From: Lepidodermella squamata
Lineage: Eukaryota > Animalia > Gastrotricha
DNA length: 64,000 nt
Direction: 5' to 3'
NCBI GenBank assembly: GCA_047495785.1
Contig: JBLDXI010000007.1
Location: forward strand, 744,001-808,000
Part shown: piece after piece, positions 41,081-54,081 of the stretch
Layout: each line of letters starts with the position of its first letter
Numbering within the stretch: the stretch's first letter is position 1
The notes under the pieces: generated by a model
Databases searched by the model: none
The model's input: only the letters and a program-made list of their open reading frames with translations
Told to the model about the DNA's origin: nothing
Translations under genes and position numbers: made by a program

Positions 41081-42510
41081 TTGCTGGAAGCTGCTAAAAG
41101 AGTTATAGAAGAAAGGCGCTGGCTGTGTCCGCCAGATTGGCTGATGATCGAAACTTGCCAGTGGGAACGGAGTCGAGGAGACAATGGCATATGCGGCCAA
41201 TTGCTGATCAATAATTTTGTAATTTATTTTGTTGATGTCATTACTTCTGGCCCCGTGCAATCTTCCCATTTTCTTGTAAGATTAATCTCATAAAGCAGAC
41301 CTGGAAAAACAAATCAAGTTTGTATGTAAAAAATACAGACTATAATTACTGAGTGCGTATATTGTTTTCGCAGTTGAATAAACAGGTTTTCGATCTTGCC
41401 ATTATGTCTGATCAAATTTCAAAAACTATAAAGGCGGAATCGTGAAGGACATATTAATAATTAAAGGGGTGTGTATGAAAGCTAGGAATGAACTCTAGTT
41501 ATTTTGTTCTTACTAAGGCGACAAAACTCTAGATCGTGATGCACAATTGAAGCCTTTTCCATGTTTGGAGTTATTCCTTAAACAAATTTACCATTGAGTT
41601 ACACTTGTCGTAACAGCAAAATTGAAATAAGTTGCACATATATAGGATTTATCAAGATAAGGTCTGCTGATTTAAGTCTGAGAGATGTCACAAGTCATGA
41701 CATTCAATTTTATTTCGCCAAGGCGAGTCCTCAATTTCTATTCCGAGTGCGCCTTTAGAAAGGTGAAGTTATAGTTATCATTCTGTCAATCGTTGGCCCT
41801 CGAGAATTTAGGACAGAACGCCTACAAGGTAAGTGAAACGACGTCTGATTTCTATTTAGGTATTACACATTTAGGATCTCAAAACAAGGATTGAAGGCGC
41901 ACCCCTCCTCATTAAATTCCAGTGCATAATCCTAAAAGCTACAAGATAAAAATACTTACATCTCATATTGCGCTAATAAAAATCAGCCAGTATAATGTGC
42001 TAAGGTATAATGTTCGCCTCACGATATGTCTACTTGAGATGTTGTTGAGGAATCCACGTGACACTGAAATGCAGACGGAATTCCGATAAAACGCAAATAG
42101 CGATTTGTCACGGGTCGCTGATTCGACAAATTTGCCCTGATTTGATTTAGGTGCCAGGTAAATGCAGAAGTAAACAGCGATGCTCAGATTAGCTACAGCC
42201 GCAATTCTTTCGAACGGAGATATCGACCGTCCTGATTCCCAAGTCAGCACGAAACAGCAAAACAGGAAATTTTAGAGTGACGTTGCTTGATCAAAAAATT
42301 GCAGTTTCATCTTTCAGCTGTTTCAGTTGTTCCTTGATGGTGTATAATATTCTTATGGCGATGAAAATAACATTAAACGATCAAATAAAAACAAAAACGT
42401 TTATTCACGTAAGACTTTTTGCTTGGCGTTAGCATTGATCACACATGCTTTCATATTTTAGTCATTAGAATCACTGCGTGATTTGTAATTATTGACAGAT
42501 TAAAAATATT

Positions 42511-44826
42511 CTATTGAGATGTGATCGTAGAAGAACTTTTCTTCCGGCGTTTAAGAACACGGCAAAAAGCTCGCTGCACTTCAGTTATCCCGTATAGTAT
42601 GGGGTCGATGATTGCGTTAAGCTAAAAAGTCACAGTTTCATATATCTCTAACGGATCGAAAATGGATTGATGGTTCACTTACCAATATTAACAGGTCGAA
42701 GAGCTTGATAAGCCAGAATAATTTCGGCATTTGCTCGGTGCGAAACTTTTCGTCGAAAAAGAGTTTATTACAAATTTGGAACGAAAGCCAAGGTAGCCAG
42801 GTAACAATAAATATTGCAAGGATGATTATTTGCACATTCCTATAAGTCAAATAGAAAATTCAACGAAAAACTTCCAAAAACATTGTTACTTACGAAGAAC
42901 GACGCCTATTTCTCAACAAATGCAACGTTTGGGCCTGGGAAACGCTCATCCGTCTATCAGTGTTGTTGCTGAGGATTGACATGAAAGAGAACCGTCGACT
43001 GCTGACATGAGCCAGGGCTAGAGGTACTTTTGTTGGCGACAATTGCGGAGGTGAATCAACGGCAAGCGGGCTGAATTTGGATTTGATGTCAATCATTAGA
43101 CGGCTAGAAGCCGAATTTGACCGGCAGCCCATCGGCACCGGAATCCTTATTGAACTAGTATCATCATCGTCAACTCCGTCATGAATTGTTCTCGCTTTGA
43201 ATTCGACTTCAATGCCTTCGCTATCGTTATTGTCATTGTCGCTTCTAGCTGACTTTGGCACAAACAGCAGCTTACTTCTTCGTCGAAACGGGTGATTGGC
43301 CTTTACTTCATTGACGTGAGATCCATTTCTCATGATGGGATGGATAGTAAGCCCAATATCTCCATTCGACGGGATATGATGGACTCCATTGGTTAGCTTC
43401 ACACCAATTGGCATTTCCTTGCGACTGCGCAACAGGCTGACCTGATCTTCAGTAATGGAAGTAAGGCAGTTGACGGTCGCAGTGGCAGGTGGGGAGTTTT
43501 CACCAGCGCAAGTATCACTTTCGAAACTTTTTGAATTGAAGTTCAATGTACCGACCGGTGAATCGTAGCTGGATCGCCGTTTTTCGAACATCTGCATACT
43601 ATAGCTAGTACGCCGCATGCTGCCATCGGGATTCGTGTAGTCCTGGCTAGCGAAACGTCTGCGGCTGGTTAGCTTTCTACTAAGATTATGGAATAATGCC
43701 TCTGCACTCATCTTACTAAACCCATTTCCCGATACGGAGTCATGCCTAAGGGCAAAGCTTGAGGTGTCTTTTGATTCGGTGTGAAACAAATTGTTCAGCG
43801 AATTCCGAAGAACGACTGCCGTTTTGATGTAGAAATAAGACACCGGGAATGCTGTCGTAACCCAAACTACTAGCACGCTTATTTCCATCATTCGTGATGT
43901 CACGATGCAGTCCTCAACTGTGCGGCAGTATTCCTCGAACGTAGTAGTAGACGTATTTATGTGAAGGAAGGAGAAGTAGGTGCCTTGCATGTCTTGAACA
44001 GCAGGCGTGTAAGAGCAGTTCGACTCAAAATCTAACGGAAGAATGAAGTCGGAGAAGGCCAAAAAGGTCGCCGCCACGCAGTAAAGTGCGCAGGCAATGG
44101 CGAAGCAGGCGTTGATGCGGGCTGATTGAACTCGGTGATAAATTGGCTTGCACACTGCAAGATAGTTGTCCGTTGCGCATCCAAGGACAGAGCCAATCAC
44201 CAGGAATTGCGATAGGTTTTTCACAGTTCGATTTTTGAAGAAAGGCAAGCAGGAAGCTAGGAAGCGGGCGCTGTCCAGTTTTAAGAGACCGATTTCAGCG
44301 ATGAGGAAAGAGCAAAGAAGGACGTAAGCTGATGAGAGCAATGTGACGAAAAGACGCTGATTTCGCATGCGCCAAGCTAACCTCGACCCGGCGCTAAACA
44401 TTACCAACAGCAGAGTGCAATTCAATATCAATCCCAAAACGGCAACAACAAGCGTGACGATTTCCGCAGTTGTTATTGGCTGAGATTTGTGGATACCCGC
44501 AATGACATCCTAAAAAGCAAAACGATTTAACTTATGTCAACTATTTTTCTGGTAAAACTGACCGAATAGCTGCGAGTGTTGCTTTCGTCTTGGAAAAGTT
44601 GGTTCAGGTAACTTGCCAAAATTTTGTTATCGTCAAATTCAGGTTCAATCAGGTTGGGTGGGACGGATAGGTTCCATTCTGTCGGCATTATGGCGTCGCT
44701 GGGAAACAAGGTCGAAAGCGTCGATGGATCGTAAGATGGCGTATTCGGAGTGGTGAAAATATCATTGAAAAACTCGGGTATGGGCGCCATTGTCATGGGC
44801 TGAATGAAGTTATCAACAAGCAACAT
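42511..44826 (-). CDS. Orphan class A GPCR, tandem copy D (very long third intracellular loop)
   Basis: Four exons (44826-~44563, ~44509-42894, ~42839-42683, ~42621-42511); TDNYLAVCKP; FIVTWLP; DPILY. Confidence 0.88.
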
Positions 44827-46105
44827 CGTTTATTTTTCATGGCAACGATTTCATCATAAAAATATGTATTCTTTAATCGGCGCCATCATGTTGACGCCAG
44901 AATAGGGATTAAGACCTACACCTAGATTAGTGCAAGATTAGAAATGAGGCCGGATGCAAAAGTTAGAACGACGGAAGCAATTTAGACGAAAGACCTTGTG
45001 GTGCGAAAGAAATACATCCGGAATAATTATTTTAGTGATCAACAGCCCTGTTTAGCGAATAGATATAATGTGCGTGCAAAATTCAATCGGGCCATATAAA
45101 TTGCTGGCAAGCAAAAAAGCAAGCGACCCTCCATTATTTTGATCTAAAAATTGTCTCGCAAGGGGTCGAAGCAAGAGAGCTTATTCATCCGACACTTTCG
45201 TGAAATATATCGCCGAGTTCGCTGCGCAGCCCAAGTAGGATGGCGCACGCTGATCGAGCGGCTAGGCGGAAAAGAGTACATTACTGTATGAGCAGTTTCT
45301 AGACGGGCGCCGATAATTGGTCTATTATTACAGTCCATTATTTCGCACGAAACATAGCCGGAGTGAGAATAACCTAACAATTTCATTTTCGCGTGTGAGT
45401 GTAGGAGACGCAAGGAAAATGTGGGGTGTTATTCAAGTTCCCGAGCGACGAGAGCAAATGCGGAGTTTTACTAGTTTATGGACACCTTTCCCAATAATAC
45501 TACCAATAATACATACTCCCCAATAATACATAGTAGTTATCATGATGCAATTACGCGTCTCGCTCATTTTTTTACAAGCTGAAAGCTGAATACAACTATT
45601 CATGTAGATGAGTTTGAACTATTTGTTTATGAGGCAGAACGGTAAATAAATACCGTGTAATATAGAATCCAATCACAGCATGAGTGCAAGCTAACCGAAT
45701 CCCCCTCAAAGGCGTAAAAATCAAATTTATTACTTATTTATTAAAAATAACGAACTGAACTCATTCACAGTCAAGTATGATCTGCTTTTCATGGCTGAAT
45801 TTTTGATTTGACATGAATGAAAATGTGATTAATATGTTCGCTTTCTCACTACGCAAGAATAGGCAGTGCGTTGTCTCCAGTGGCGGATAATTCTGCCGTC
45901 GCGCCCAGCTAATTAGCTATGTTTGGTGTTCAGATTAAAGAACATGCATAAAAGGCAGCGAATCGCAGCTGCGTTCACGTTGAGAGCAGATATTGGCGAT
46001 GGATGACTAATCTCTATATATCAGCTAGGTCAATTTTTTGGTCGCTGTGTTTTATGAATTTGTTTGATTAATTTAATTTTTCTTTCTTTATTGAGAACTG
46101 CCGTT

Positions 46106-46130
46106 ACTTACGTTACGTTACGTTACGTAA
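46106..46130. repeat. (TTACG)n microsatellite
   Basis: ttacttacgttacgttacgttacgtaa read directly from the sequence. Confidence 0.7.
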
Positions 46131-46625
46131 TTAACTTACTATTTTGATTTAATTATCAAAAATGGCTCTCCTATCGTTCATCTATTGAAGAAAAAAGGAA
46201 ACCCGGCAGAATTGTGATATTCTCATCGTTCAGATCGATCAGCCTATGCCAAGTTTCCTTATATCAGTATTGAAAAATGGTACGTACCCGAGCGCATAAA
46301 AATTCAAGCCGAAATTGGCTCTTGAAGAATCTACGCCTTGTGACTCATCGCAATAATCTTTCCCGAAGAAATGAAGAAACTTCAATCACATGATATTCCT
46401 AGTTGGTGCGTCGATGCACTCGTCGTGCAATAATAATTACCCTATGTGAGTTATTTTTCTGCATTGATGAAACTTTGTAGCACCGAAGCACGCAATAAAA
46501 ACATGTGCCAAAAGACAGTATGACGTCTACCGGAAGTAGCATGTGTTTATTTCAATAAAAAAGATTCAACAGTAAATAGAAGCTAGGGTAGTCTATAATC
46601 AAAATTGACATCAGATATGTCCATG

Positions 46626-48185
46626 CTATTGAGCAAGCCTGAAAAGTGGTAGCTGCGGCGATTCAACTTCATCCATATCGTTTACAGCAGCAGCGATTGC
46701 ATTAGACGGTGAAAGTGAACTTGAATCGTGTTCAGGAGAAACGTCGCTTAGTTGCCCGTTGAATGCGCTTAACGATGGAATTATGATGGGGTATGCGTTG
46801 ATCGGTCCTTTATCCAAACGAGGAGAGTCATAGAATTCATCTTCGGACACTAACCGCTCCCGTTTACACCGGCGTGGGGTTTTATCCATAACAACATTTT
46901 CTGAAGATGGGGAAGATGAAACACTCAACAAATCGATTATTTCGGAGTCTGCAGTAGTATAGCTATCTCGTGCCGACGTTTCTTGGAGCGGTTTCGCAGT
47001 CAGCAGCTGTGGCACTCCTTTCGTTTTCTGGGCTTCTCCTGGCTTGTCGTGTTTGCGGCTTCGACGTTTCTTCACAACAGCAGGCATTGCCGTGACGGCT
47101 TTGTTGTCCATAGCTGATCCCTAATAATTTACCTTCAGCGAGCAACTTGTCATGAATAGATCAACTCACCTTCTTTCCAACATAGCACATTACATGTAGG
47201 CATGATCGCTTGAATATGGCCTGTAAATAATTGACTTCATCAGCGACAAAAATTTTTATTTCGCTGCAACTTACCACTGAGGGAATGATAGACCGATCCA
47301 CCTCCACGATATTTCCACCTTTCGAACGAAGATACCACGCATGGCTCGCGGGAAACGCAGCCATCAAGGCTTCGAAGAAAAAGTATATCGCGCTATTTCT
47401 GTCGCATCTTTTCCTCTCAGGAATGTGTTTTCTGTCAATGGAACAATAATAATTCACTCATAAAAGCATAAAAACGACGGCAGTTATGACATCTTACGTT
47501 AACAAGCTGGCCACTTCACGTTGAGCGTATGTCCTGTAATGCCTCGAAACAGCTCGCTGCTCTCCCCTCATGAAGCTCAAAGTTCTTGGAGAAAACTCAA
47601 ATTCGTACTCGTCCCACAGTTTAGCAGATTCTTTCACGGATGAATCAAAAACGGGATTTTGACAAGACTTGAAAATGGACTCATCGGGCAGTGAAAAAAG
47701 CGGCCTTCTTTGAATCTCAGGAATAGCAATTGCACTGCTAGTGTTCGACGATGATAGCCTCGTTGTAGCAGCTTCCGAGTTCGAGGACAACTTGCTGAAA
47801 CCGGAACTGGAGTCAGAAATCCTTTTACCAAGGCTAAGATCACGAGGCACGGAGCTCATCAATCGAAGTTCATTGGATAAATTAGCAGGCGTAGTAAAAC
47901 CCGTGAAAGGCGGGGTGATATTGCTTAGCTTCGAATGAGAGCTAGCCGCTGATACTGGACATGAAACACAGCAATAAGATACTGACTGATACGAAAATAA
48001 CGAGAGTTACCTGAAGATAGGATCACCGGAGGTGAAGAGACAATTGCATGGAAACCAGCGCGGCAGCGGCATTCGCAGCAAAGTAGGTCATGGAAATTTC
48101 CTAACCATGTAAATTCTGGACAGGGGCACCTGACGGTTAAGCACACGCCCCTAATGTTCCCAGCGTAGTCTGTACTCGTTGTCAT
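46626..48185 (-). CDS. Uncharacterised protein with N-terminal Cys/His cluster (putative Zn-binding) and basic NLS-like motif
   Basis: Four exons join in frame via GT-AG introns (48185-~48011, ~47955-47498, ~47430-47169, ~47120-46626). Contains C-x4-CPC...CCECRC-x4-H, Ser-rich regions and KKRRSRK. Confidence 0.7.
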
Positions 48186-49209
48186 CTCCTATGGCATCAG
48201 TATTGCTCAAAACAAATGATCTATCTGAAGAAATCAATTTTTCAAAATTCAAAGCCATGGTGCAGCCAATTTGTACAATAATGACCGTAATTAAGGAACA
48301 ATTAAGCGTGACCAAATTTTTGGTTCGAACATGCTACCTTCCAGGGTAAGTAATTTTCCATTTTTCTGCGCAATTTTCTCGGCTTCGGAAAAAGTGGCTC
48401 AACAGGCCAAACAGCAATGTTAGGAGTGAGTTTGACGACATTAACATCCGATAATTTTTGGAATGAAAAAATGATATTCACACGCCCGCAAGATTCGGAG
48501 AAGTGCGGAGGAAGTGTGCAAGAAGACTGCGCACTGTTACTTCGTTTTACTATGATGTGCAATAATACGCCCGAGTTGTAACTTTGAATTTAGCCTGCAG
48601 CAACCTGACAAGGCTTTCGTATCCTTTGGCTGGATTTGTACAGCAAATATTAGAACTTCGAGGTAAGCCTCAAACGCGTCGCTACCTTCTACTATTGCCT
48701 GATAGATAAGGCCTAGACCATCCTAGCGAAATTGGTGCTGGGAGATGGGTTCCAAAGAAATTGTGGGTTACAAAAATCTTCAGTTGGATCAGTTATACTT
48801 GATATTTTTTTCAGTTTCAATAACATTGAGCTGCCGGCGGTTAGCGAATTCTCGACGACTTCTGGAACTATTTCTCATGGTGGCAATGTGGCTTGTCTGT
48901 CGTCTGCCGTGTTCGCAGTTTATCGTTGCCAAATACGCCTTCTGGCCGTATAAACATGCGCTGAAGGCTACAGGCTACCGATGTCTTCGGTCGTCTTACC
49001 GGTCGTCTTACCATCGCGCTAAGGTCCGATGGACCAGATGCTCCTGAAAATTCAACAACTCGTTGTCACTCACACCCGTTAGGCGCCACAGATGTAAACA
49101 GGCTTGAGAAAGAAACGGACAAGATGCTTGCGCGGCAGGCGGTATTGGCCACGTCATGCTGATTGAGCGCTACCGGAAATGAGCAAAACGGAGATTACTA
49201 ATCTAGCTA

Positions 49210-49234
49210 TAGAGAGAGAGAGAGAGAGAGAGAG
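49210..49234. repeat. (GA)n microsatellite
   Basis: About 12 AG units upstream of the RDL-like gene. Confidence 0.8.
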
Positions 49235-49718
49235 ACGAAATCCTTTTGTATTTCTAACTGAAGTTGTGTCTCCTTGTATTACGAAGCATGAAAAAAGCGT
49301 CGTTGAAAACCACAGACTTCAGGTGACAATAGTAATAAAGCTATTAGGAAATCTTAGTATTAAATGTCTGTTCTTTTGAAAACCGGAGTTATAATTTCTA
49401 TGGAAAACGCAATACTTTTTCGCTTCAGCTCGTTTTGTCGCTGTTTCTTTGTCAATTATCGCGAATATCGATTATTTCTTTACAGAGCGCATCGTGTATT
49501 TGAAATCGCCTATTGCCTGAAGAGCGTCATCAAAACAGTACTATTTATTTCGATAAAGCGGCGTAGCGTACTACACCTGAATACAACTCCCGTGAGCGTT
49601 TATTAATTATTGACAATTATTATCGACTAGTCACGAGAGCTGCACAAAACAACTCAGCCGCACTTATTAAATACACGCCTCGGCTCAGTTTTATGCCAGA
49701 GATCAGCAGCTTTTTAAA

Positions 49719-51552
49719 ATGAGATGTTCATTTTATTATTTGGCAATCTGTTATAACCTGGCATCCAGCTGTTTCGGGTTTTTCTACCCATTCATCCGCA
49801 CTGATTTGCCCAGAAGAGATAGCGACAACCCACCGACTGGAATTTGCGAAGGAATTGGGCCTAAAAATGACGGCGACAGTCTCGGCCCGTGCGCTGTCGC
49901 CACGAATTACCTAGCCGGCACTATTCGAAGTGGCCTTCTGAACGAAATAACCGATAACGATGTCGTGGGATCACCGCCGCCACCCATCGCCCAGTTACAT
50001 GCATACTCAGAGAGCCTAGAGGCAAAATACTCAGCGACGATAACTGAATTTTTAGAAAAATTGCCGCAAACTGGTTATGACCCTAGGATTAGGCCGCGAG
50101 CGTACTCGCAGCAGCTAGAAATAAGCTGTTCTATGTACATCGGTGGAATCAGCTCAGTTTCAGAATCGAATCTTGATTTCACAGTCGATTTCTACTTCCG
50201 CCAAGCCTGGGATGACCCGAGACTTCGATGGCATGCTACGGAGCTAAGCGAACACGAATCCCTCAGCATTGGAGGAGACGTAATATTATTATCCATAATT
50301 CTAACAAATTTAATAATATATATCTGCCTTGTTTAGTTTGCTGATTTTTTATGGCGACCAGATACTTTCATACCGAATGCCAAAGTTGCGACTTATCACA
50401 CGGTCACACGGCAAAACGCATTTCTAAGAATTACACCGCATGGTCATGTCCAACAGAGCGTTCGCATAACCGTGACAGCTCAATGTTCAATGGATTTTGC
50501 GTAAGCCTATATTGATCTAATGTCCCTCTCTAGCTAATAGCATATTGATCTGATAGACTATTTCCCATGGACAGTCAAAGCTGCAGTATCCTCATCGAGC
50601 CTCATCCATGCCTGCTAAAGATCTTATCTACAAGTGGAAAGCCAAGCCAGAAACTGCAGCAGCACATGGCGACGTCAATAACGAGGAAGAAGAGGCCGAA
50701 ACCGTCATCCCTCCGATAACAATCAGCGGAGAGGCAAGCAACTTACCTCAGTTCGAAATTCGGGGATTTCGCGCCATTGAGACCTTCAACGAACGTGTCG
50801 AAGACCGGAATCATTCACGCCTCGTTGTTGAGATTTACTTCAGCCGCAGTTTGGGTTACTACATCATTCAAATTTACCTACCAGCGTCTCTCACTGTTGT
50901 CATTAGTTGGATCTCATTTTGGATATCACGCCACTCCCAACCAGCCAGAGTTTTGTTGGGTGTTACCACTATTCTGACCCTTACAATGATGACGGGTCAG
51001 GGCATCAAAAGCCTGCCGAAAATATCTTACTTCAAAGCGCTGGACGTTTTCATGATGTTTTGTTTCGCCATGGTGTTTTTAGCTTTGATCGAGTACGCCA
51101 TTGTTTCTTACGCAGTCAAACGATCACGAAGCAGCCGGCATCGGCACTGCGATTTCCATGACACAGATGGGGAGTATGTTGATCAAGAGGGTGAGATCTT
51201 GTCGCCGCGAATAGCCTTCTTAGGAGGCATGCTGAATGCGTTGCCGGGTCTCAGTGCTTCGTTCCGCAAAAACAGTAAGCGACGATCCACCCTACGATCT
51301 CAAGCGCCGGATGATGAATCCAATAAAGTGGACGACGATGATGACCGTCATTCTTTGGAGGACGAAGAAGAAACGAGCTTCAAATTTCCGGCATATTTGC
51401 CATCACGTATCGAGTGGACCTCTCGTTTCTTGTTCCCACTGTCATTTTTCGTGTTCAACTATTGGTACTGGGACTACTTCCTCAGCAAGTATGAACAAGG
51501 GAAAGCTGACAATATTCCAGGATTTATTGAATACCATGCACATGGAAGTTGA
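49719..51552 (+). CDS. GABA-A/RDL-like anion channel subunit with an apparent 1-nt frameshift at ~50600-50607 (possible pseudogene or sequence error)
   Basis: Exons 49719-50279, 50337-50500, 50557-51552. Motifs YDPRIRP, DFTVDFYFRQAW.DPRL, LWRPDTF, Cys-loop CSMDFALFPMDSQSC, RSLGYYIIQIYLP, PARVLLGVTTILT, LPKISYFKALD. The reading frame shifts between IE and MPAKDLIYKW. Confidence 0.88.
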
Positions 51553-51662
51553 AGCCATAATATATTAACAATTTTATGAAAAATGAGCTGCTGTGAAAAA
51601 TAAAGATGATAGTGTCACGACATTTTTCTCACTGGGAAGATCATGTTAAAGGTATAAGAGAC

Positions 51663-54081
51663 CTATTCCGCGAAACCGAGCTCATCAGCCGGCATGCACT
51701 TGTTGCCCCAGTAGATCAGCGGTCCGAAAAGACCGATCGGAATAAAGACAGACAATATCAAGCAAAGTAAGAAGGTTGCAGTATCAATTTTGTAAGCGAC
51801 TTCGAGCCACAGACAGGCATTTCTCGCCTGTTGTTGGCCTATTTGCATGATCCGTTGATTGCGAGATATCGGAGCCCCGCTAATGTTACCCGCAGACCGC
51901 CTTCGAACATTAGACGCGCCACTCTTGCTCTCGTTGTTACTATCGGCACGGCGTCGTTTGGTTCTAAAATCCTTGCTGTTGTAGTTGGTATGATTAAGCT
52001 TTTGTGTCACTGCCGGATAAGGAGTGCCGTTATCATTCGTACCAAAGTCATCATCAAGCGGGTCTCTGTTCCCTGATTTGCATCGTAATGGGAGGAGTGG
52101 AATAGGCTCGTTATGGTTGTTATTCGGCATGCTGACAAAGCTCGATGCCTTGCAGTTTTTTGCCAGACAAGGATGATTCTTTGAACAATCTTTGCACTCG
52201 CAGTCAGCGGAAAAAGTCTCATTAACAGAGATGCTGTCTATTAGAGATTTCGTGGATTTTGTAGCCGGGGATAGTTCCTCACTGCCTCTTGCGTCGTCGT
52301 CAATGAAACTGTGTGTTTTGAAGGTTTCGCTCAGATCGCCGTGACAAGACATCAAGCGTGTCCTTTCCTCGAATGACATCGGCGTGATTGATGGCCGAGG
52401 TTCAAAAAACTGGCTGCTGTTACTCGTGGGCACATATCGACGCTTCCGTTTGATTGAATTGCAAATCTGTTCTGCTTCCTCGAGGTTTGGGTGCGTCTTC
52501 GGTAATTCTCTCCACAAAAGAGGTAAAGGCTTAACGATACGATAGAATAGCCAATTAGGTGGTTTTTGGTATGTTTTAAACATCCGCTCCACGAGGACAG
52601 ATTCGAAAATCCCAATTGCTGAAGTTATGATCAAAGCGATGATGTATTTACTAAGAGAGGTAACGGCGTCGCTTGTTTTCGGTAGCTCTTCGGTGACGAT
52701 TGTTTGAAACACGACTAATGTCAGAAGATTGGTGGTACTGAAGCCGATTCGATCTGCTGTTGTATCTGTTGAACTAATCCAGTAGACCAACAGTTGAATA
52801 AGGGAAAGCGTTGTGCACTAAACAAAAAATTTCCACTTGAAAAAAATTCATAATAAAAGCAACATACAGGGAAGATCAGGTTCACGACGTAGAAAGTCGA
52901 TTTCCTTCTAACTGTGATGTCGAACTTGACTCGGGTGAATGTCTCATTGGTGAAATAGGTATGATCATAAGTCTGGAAAAAATAAATCAACGGAAACTGT
53001 TTGGTATTAATGGGATCCCGTTTTTACTCTCGAGTCCAGTCTGCAAATTGTCCAAAGCTGGGAAACGAATGCTGTATCTAGCTACAAAAGCATACAAGGC
53101 TTACACGCCATAATGTTGAAAATTGGTGGAAAATTACTAAAAGATCACTTTTCCCGTCAAAAGTCATCAGCTGATGGTCAAGGGACCAGCTTTCGAATTC
53201 CAACGAGCATTTTTGAACATCGAAGGGGAACGCGAACAGTTTGAGATCTGTGTTAAAATGTTAATGTAACGTAACGTAAGGAAGGTCCAATCAGATCTTA
53301 CCACACCACGTCCGAGCAGTGCCGGTTGGAACGTAGCGCATCTAACCAGGAAAATAACAATGAACAAAATTATACAAGAAAACAAGGAAACACGCTGCGT
53401 ACTTTTCCGTCATGATTGAGTCGGACTAAAAATTTCGAATGCCTGGTAATACCATAAGGATGATCCGCGCTGTTGGTCATCTAAATTGCAATTGAACGCG
53501 CATAGTTTATCGTCCTTTCATTAAAAGTTACTGCAATATCTGGGACTCCAACTTGCTCGGCCTCGAGTGAAAGGGAAGTAAGGTTTCCATATTTGTCTGG
53601 ATCCCTGTCAGAGAAATCGAATAGCTTTAAAAAGTGGGCCATGATGAATTTTGTTTTTTTTTACCATGACAGGCGGACGTCTTTCCACGTAATGAAGACT
53701 GCTACCACGCTCTCGAAAATTCCCTCTTTTTCAACCTAAAAAAGGCAACTTTGGTCTCTGCACTTGCTAGTAGGTGCACAATTTACATACCGTCCCTTTA
53801 ACTTTAATCAGCAGCACATCCATAGTGATGACAACTGGACGCACGAGGCTTGCTGTCTTGTGGTACCCCGTGAAAAGGTTCCAAATAAGATGGTGAACAA
53901 CGGAAATATTATTAGGGCCTCCGAAATTGGGTATGTTGCCCGGAGGGAAATCTGGAACTTGACCAGCAGCTAACTGGTTGTAGAAAGGCTGACCTTCTAC
54001 TAGGCCTGAATTGGTCTTAAAGGCCAAGATGGCGCAAAACAGCGCCAGCTTTTCGATGTTACGGAAGCTTGATGGAAACAT
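51663..54081 (-). CDS. Divergent Cys-loop channel subunit, paralogue 2
   Basis: Nine exons with short GT-AG introns (breaks at KGT|, LSW|, PDIA|, DGK|, WC|D, DLL|, DSR|, IFP|). Cys-loop CDLKLFAFPFDVQKC; M2 ADRIGFSTTNLLTLVVFQ. Confidence 0.92.
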
